Shown: piece after piece, positions 59,529 to 64,000 of the stretch | Layout of the letters: every line of letters starts with the position of its first letter | Position numbering within the stretch: the first letter of the stretch is position 1 | NCBI GenBank assembly: GCA_947587615.1 | Contig: CANPYC010000005.1 | Span: 12,853 to 76,852, forward strand | Reading direction: 5' to 3' | Length of the DNA: 64,000 bases | Origin: Candidatus Gastranaerophilales bacterium | GTDB taxonomy: Bacteria; Cyanobacteriota; Vampirovibrionia; Gastranaerophilales; Gastranaerophilaceae | The notes under the pieces: generated by a model | What the model saw: the letters and a program-made list of their open reading frames with translations, nothing else | The model's database searches: none | Told to the model about the DNA's origin: nothing | Translations under genes and position numbers: made by a program

Positions 59529-60752
59529 ATGAAAAAAGCAAGCGAAATTTTAACTTCTCATAAAAAATTTCACATAAACTTGGGACTTGAGAGAATTAAA
59601 AAAATCCTCTCGCTTCTAAACAACCCTCAAGACAATTATAAAACAATTCATATAGCGGGAACTAACGGAAAAGGCTCAACTTGTAAAATTCTAAACGAAT
59701 TATTGATTGAAAACGCAAAAGATAAAAAAACAAATGAAAAAATAGGGCTTTTTACAAGTCCTCATCTTTTTTCATACGAGGAGAGAATAAAAATCGATAA
59801 TGAAAATATTTCTCCTTATATCTTTGACAGATTAACAAACGATATTGACAAACTTGCGCTTGAAAATAACATTGAGTTGAGCGAGTTTGAGCTTATTTGC
59901 GCCGTTGCCTTTTATTATTTTTATATTAAAAAAGCAGATTGGGCAATAATTGAAGTTGGTCTTGGCGGGCTTTTTGATTCAACAAACGTTATTAATTCAT
60001 CCGCTCAAATTATTACAACAATTGATTTTGACCATACAGAGCGCCTCGGTAAAACAATTGAAGAAATTGCAGCTCAAAAAGCGGGAATAATTAAAGAAAA
60101 TTCGCTTGTTTTTATAAACAAAGATAATTTAGGTTTTAATAAAATAAGTGAAGTTATAAAAGAAAAAAATGCAAAATTAATAATTCCAAAGGATGTTTCA
60201 ATAAAATTTGAAGATAAAAATTATGCAATTTTTGACAATAACAAATATGAATTTAATTTATCGGGCGCTCATCAGGCAAAAAACCTTGCTTTAGCTTTAA
60301 GCTGCGCTGATGAATTGTTTAATGTTTCAAAAGATACCGTAAAAAAAGCGCTAAAAAACGTCAGATGGCGCTTTAGGCTTGAATACAACAAAGAAAAAAA
60401 TCTTCTGATTGATTCTGCCCATAACCCGAGCGGGGTAAACACTCTTAAAGAATTTTTAGACGAGCGTTTTTTGAATACAAATAAAACATTTATATTCGGT
60501 TGTTTAAAAAACAAAGACTATAAAAAAATGCTTGAGATAATTTTAAACGATAAAGATAAATTTTACTTTTTTGAATTTGATTACCCTAATGCAGCAAAAT
60601 TTGAAGAACTTGAGCCAAGTTTAAAAGAAAAATTTATAAAAATTGAAAATATTGAAGAAATTGAAAAAATAATAAAAGAAGATAAAAACCTTAAAATTGT
60701 GTTCGGTTCAATTTATATGAGCGGAAAAATTTTTTCAAAAATTAAAATTTAA
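59529..60752 (+). CDS. folC: folylpolyglutamate synthase/dihydrofolate synthase-like Mur-ligase-family protein
   Basis: HIAGTNGKGST P-loop (FolC type, not the GKTTT of MurC-F/MurT), 407 aa. Confidence 0.75.
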   Translation: MKKASEILTSHKKFHINLGLERIKKILSLLNNPQDNYKTIHIAGTNGKGSTCKILNELLIENAKDKKTNEKIGLFTSPHLFSYEERIKIDNENISPYIFDRLTNDIDKLALENNIELSEFELICAVAFYYFYIKKADWAIIEVGLGGLFDSTNVINSSAQIITTIDFDHTERLGKTIEEIAAQKAGIIKENSLVFINKDNLGFNKISEVIKEKNAKLIIPKDVSIKFEDKNYAIFDNNKYEFNLSGAHQAKNLALALSCADELFNVSKDTVKKALKNVRWRFRLEYNKEKNLLIDSAHNPSGVNTLKEFLDERFLNTNKTFIFGCLKNKDYKKMLEIILNDKDKFYFFEFDYPNAAKFEELEPSLKEKFIKIENIEEIEKIIKEDKNLKIVFGSIYMSGKIFSKIKI

Positions 60753-60824
60753 ATTTTATATTTATTTGGCAAAAAAATTTTTTCAGCAGTCTTATATCAA
60801 TACAATCAAGTTGAGAATGGGACT

Positions 60825-62006
60825 ATGAAAATAAACACGATTAATTTTTTTAAACACAACAAAAACAACAATTTAAAAACGTTTAAAACAAATAAAAGAA
60901 CTGATTTTTTAAAAAATGTCAATTTTGATACACTAAATTTTAAATCCTCACTAAATCCAAAAAAAGATGTGCATGAAATTGATAAATATGTTGAAAATAA
61001 GCCTTTAAATGAAGAAATTAAAGAAAAGCTTTTAATTCAAGAGGATGGAAGCTACAGTAGAGAATTAGAAGAAGATTTTATTCTATACTTCAAACTTGCA
61101 ACAAATTCAATTAAAAACATTAATTCGCAATATAAAAAAGACGCTCTAACTAAAGCAGTCTTAGAAACACTAAGAGCAGTTGAAATTCCAAAAAAACCGT
61201 CCGATATTGAAATATTGACACTGATAGCTCAAGCTTACAGCGCAGTTTTACACAACCAAACAAATGTTTTTGAAGTTTATAATATTTGTAAAGATGAAGA
61301 CGGGAAAATTGACTCTGAAAAAGCAAATATGATTTTTCTATGGCAATACGGTTCATACAACCAGTTTTCACCTTATAAAATAGCAGAACTTTTAGATGAA
61401 TATTGCCGTGATAAAGATAATAAAATTTCAAAGGATAAATCAGAGATGATTCCCATACTCTTCAACTGTTGTAATTGCAACACTGACGAAGAGTGCACTA
61501 AATTTACCAAATTGGTTTTAGATGATGAAAATGATTTAAAAAGCGATATAAATCTTGATAAATATCAATTTTTGGTTTCAAAAATGTTGAAACTATATTC
61601 AATATCAATAGAAGAGCTTGAAAAAAACTATAATATTGACCTAAATGATATTCAAAAAGACGATTCTTATTCTCAAAAAGCCGAATTATCAAGCATTATT
61701 ACCTTTCTTTCGTCAGAAATTATTGCAAAGCTTATGGAAAACTCAACCGATAAAGACGGTAAATTTAACATAGAAAAAGCTCAACAAACCTTTGATTTTA
61801 TCTTGAAATATGCTCAAGATTACAGATACTCACTCAATGAAACAAAGGTTTTCAAAGTGTCTAATCCAAATATGGGTAATTTATACAGAAAAGAAATAAG
61901 CCTGAATGAATTAGAAGGAATAACCGCAGCAAGGTACGATAATTCCGTTTACAGAATGCACAGAATACTTTGTGAAGAAAATATCGGGCAGAAATATTTA
62001 CATTAA
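60825..62006 (+). CDS. hydrophilic orphan protein (393 aa) with MKIN...NNLKTF leader
   Basis: Long ORF with no TM segment or signal peptide. Its N-terminal motif is shared with the 20097 and 46326 genes. Confidence 0.6.
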   Translation: MKINTINFFKHNKNNNLKTFKTNKRTDFLKNVNFDTLNFKSSLNPKKDVHEIDKYVENKPLNEEIKEKLLIQEDGSYSRELEEDFILYFKLATNSIKNINSQYKKDALTKAVLETLRAVEIPKKPSDIEILTLIAQAYSAVLHNQTNVFEVYNICKDEDGKIDSEKANMIFLWQYGSYNQFSPYKIAELLDEYCRDKDNKISKDKSEMIPILFNCCNCNTDEECTKFTKLVLDDENDLKSDINLDKYQFLVSKMLKLYSISIEELEKNYNIDLNDIQKDDSYSQKAELSSIITFLSSEIIAKLMENSTDKDGKFNIEKAQQTFDFILKYAQDYRYSLNETKVFKVSNPNMGNLYRKEISLNELEGITAARYDNSVYRMHRILCEENIGQKYLH

Positions 62007-62109
62007 AAGCTTTTATCGATATCAAAATAAATTTTATAAACTGTTACTTTTTTACTGTTTTAAGTCATCACCTTTTTTATAAATTAATAAAAAACAAAGG
62101 AAAAAATTA

Positions 62110-62688
62110 ATGAAAATAACAAAATCAAACAATCAAGCTTTCGGAATAATTACAAAAGAAGCTATTGACACAATAAGAAAACACTCTGAAGGTTATATAT
62201 ACAGACCAAAATATTTAAAAGAACCCACAGGTGCTTGTTATAGTGCAGATACTAAATATTCTTTTATGAATAAAGATGAGCTAATGAGATTAAAAGCACT
62301 AACCCAAAAAGCGCAATCGCTTAAAAAAGTAATAATAGGTTCACTGCATAGTAATTCTAAAGAAGGTTTATCAATTGAATATCCCTCGGGGGATGAATAT
62401 TGCGTAAGATTTAATAAAAAGGATGAAGGTAATATAAAAGCTGTTCTTGATAAGTTTGAATGCGCAATAGATTTTGCACAAGAACACGAATCAGAAGCAA
62501 CAGGAGATTTTTACCAAATCAAAAAAGGCAGCACCTTTTTAGGATACGGAACAGTTTATTCAAACCTTGATATGCCTTCTGACAAATTCAGAACGGATGA
62601 AGAAAACAAAATTATAAAATCAATTTACGACTCAACTTTAAATTTAGAAAAAGGTAAATTTAGCACAAATACTTGTGATGATTGGTAA
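62110..62688 (+). CDS. hydrophilic orphan protein (192 aa)
   Basis: ORF with SD AAAGGA and N-terminus MKITKSNNQAFG. Confidence 0.55.
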   Translation: MKITKSNNQAFGIITKEAIDTIRKHSEGYIYRPKYLKEPTGACYSADTKYSFMNKDELMRLKALTQKAQSLKKVIIGSLHSNSKEGLSIEYPSGDEYCVRFNKKDEGNIKAVLDKFECAIDFAQEHESEATGDFYQIKKGSTFLGYGTVYSNLDMPSDKFRTDEENKIIKSIYDSTLNLEKGKFSTNTCDDW

Positions 62689-62714
62689 TAAAATAATATA
62701 AATTTGTTATTTTA

Positions 62715-64000
62715 CTATCTTTTTGAAAAATATTGACAGCCGTTCCAAATAAGAATTTCACTGTTAGAAATCATGCACTTGCCGTTTAAGCAGTCAAGCG
62801 TACCGTCGGGACGCATTGAAAAATTCTTGCAATTTTGACAGGTTTTAAGAATTATTCCTTTAGAATTTAATTTATAGGTAATATCAGCTAAAGCGTCATA
62901 CATTCTTAAAAATGAGTCGGTTACTATAAAGCGGTTGCCTTCCCTGAAAACAACTTTTCTCATGCCGTCTTCCGAGACTAAATCCAATTTACAGGTAAAA
63001 TCTTTTTTTCCGTTATTTGCAACAGCATTAATTGTTGCCGAATTAACGTTTTCTTCTTCATATTCGCTGTTTATAATTGAGCGCATGGTTAGAGTATTTA
63101 TTAAAAGTTTTAATTTTTGCCAGCTTAAACATAAAGGATAAAACATTAACCAAAAAACCTCACTCCCTTTCAGCTGGGCAACAATTGTTGAAAAAACAAA
63201 GTTAAAAAGAAGAAATACCCCCAAAAGTATAACCGCAATTTGACTGATATGAGAAGGAAAATATATTGCAAGTATTAACAAAAAAGAATAACTTACCAAA
63301 ACAAAAAGAGAATTGGGTCTTAAAAGAAATGCGATAAATTCCCTGAAAGAATTGTTCTTAAACATTATCAAAGGAAAATAATGTATAAATAAAGAAAATC
63401 TGTTTACTAAGCTCGGTGTTCTAAAATCATAGTTTTTTATATCAATCGCAGTAACAATATAGGGAGAAAAACAAGTTTTAACATCATTTGACGCTAAATC
63501 AAGGGAAAATTCAAGCTCTGAATCTTTATCTTCAAGACTGACATAACCCATTTTTTCAAGTACATCTGCCGTTATAACAAGATTTTCCCCGTCTATTAAA
63601 AAAGGCAGTTCATAAATTGAACGTGAGATACTTTTTGTTATATCGTTATATTTTAAATATGCCGATACGATTGAATTTTTAATTTTTTTTGCAAGCTGCT
63701 CTTTTTCATTAACCGTAGCAATCGAACCGACATAAACACCCGATTCTTTAATTGATTTGTTAATATTTTCAAGATATTTTTCACCAACTATTCTGTTTGC
63801 ACCAAGGAATATAAAAGCGTCAAACTTATCTTCTGTTATAATTTTTTGAACAAAAAGATTGAGTGCTTTATCCTTTGAAAAATAATCAGGGTTTTGAATA
63901 TTATGTATTTGAGCTCCGTATGCAAAATCTCTAATCGGTTCGCTGTCGCCTTCGTCTTTTTGATAAACAACATGCACCTGATAATTTTCTTTTGAATAGG
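62715..64000 (-). CDS. GT2-like membrane protein with a C-terminal Cys-rich domain; 5' end probably lies beyond the window
   Basis: The reading frame stays open to the window edge upstream of the GTG at 63977. GT2-like segment (DAFIFLGANRIV, LEDKDSELEFSLDL), about 4 TM helices and a C-terminal CQNC...C...C cluster. Confidence 0.5.
   Translation of the reverse strand, partial: YSKENYQVHVVYQKDEGDSEPIRDFAYGAQIHNIQNPDYFSKDKALNLFVQKIITEDKFDAFIFLGANRIVGEKYLENINKSIKESGVYVGSIATVNEKEQLAKKIKNSIVSAYLKYNDITKSISRSIYELPFLIDGENLVITADVLEKMGYVSLEDKDSELEFSLDLASNDVKTCFSPYIVTAIDIKNYDFRTPSLVNRFSLFIHYFPLIMFKNNSFREFIAFLLRPNSLFVLVSYSFLLILAIYFPSHISQIAVILLGVFLLFNFVFSTIVAQLKGSEVFWLMFYPLCLSWQKLKLLINTLTMRSIINSEYEEENVNSATINAVANNGKKDFTCKLDLVSEDGMRKVVFREGNRFIVTDSFLRMYDALADITYKLNSKGIILKTCQNCKNFSMRPDGTLDCLNGKCMISNSEILIWNGCQYFSKR

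Noticed and set aside
59529-60752. Could the Mur-ligase-family gene after murG be the missing MurT partner of the GatD-like protein, or murC?
   Set aside because: Its P-loop is HIAGTNGKGST, the FolC type. MurC-F and MurT use GxxGKT(T/S)T. I saw no DUF1727-like C-terminus or Cys-rich MurT insertion.

Overview
This is an AT-rich (roughly 30% G+C by eye), densely coding bacterial chromosomal segment, mostly housekeeping genes. I saw no rRNA, tRNA, CRISPR array, transposase or prophage genes. Recognisable content, in order: an ald-proB-proA operon; a B12-type radical SAM gene with a coupled small ORF; rqcH (NFACT); nadD-yqeK; an lpxK-mlaD-mlaF-mlaE operon, which implies an outer membrane; fliM-fliN plus a CheY-like receiver; coaD; era; rpsT; metG; a TPR-fliW-csrA-TPR operon; gyrB; a GatD-like amidotransferase; proS; three tandem NuoL/M/N-like membrane proteins; ispG; a GT39-like glycosyltransferase; glgC; lrgAB; a U32 peptidase; and a murF-mraY-murD-ftsW-murG-folC cluster. 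I cannot assign the organism. The gene content fits a flagellated, LPS-bearing diderm with several Firmicutes-like gene arrangements, possibly Melainabacteria-like, but that is a guess. Four things stand out. (1) A GC-rich, ORF-free island of about 0.5 kb (about 3850-4380) has its own promoter and terminator, four copies of a hairpin module with compensatory stem changes, and long-range complementarity, so it is a candidate undescribed structured RNA. (2) Several large hydrophilic orphan proteins share an N-terminal MKIN...LKT[YF] leader. One ends in a RelE/DUF4258-like module and one is a soluble FtsH-like protein with dead ATPase motifs but an intact HEXXH. (3) An orphan operon encodes three divergent antiporter-module proteins with no partner subunits. 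(4) A GGA-presenting hairpin sits on the fliM ribosome-binding region in a genome that encodes CsrA/FliW. All functional calls rest on motif recognition from memory. No searches were run.
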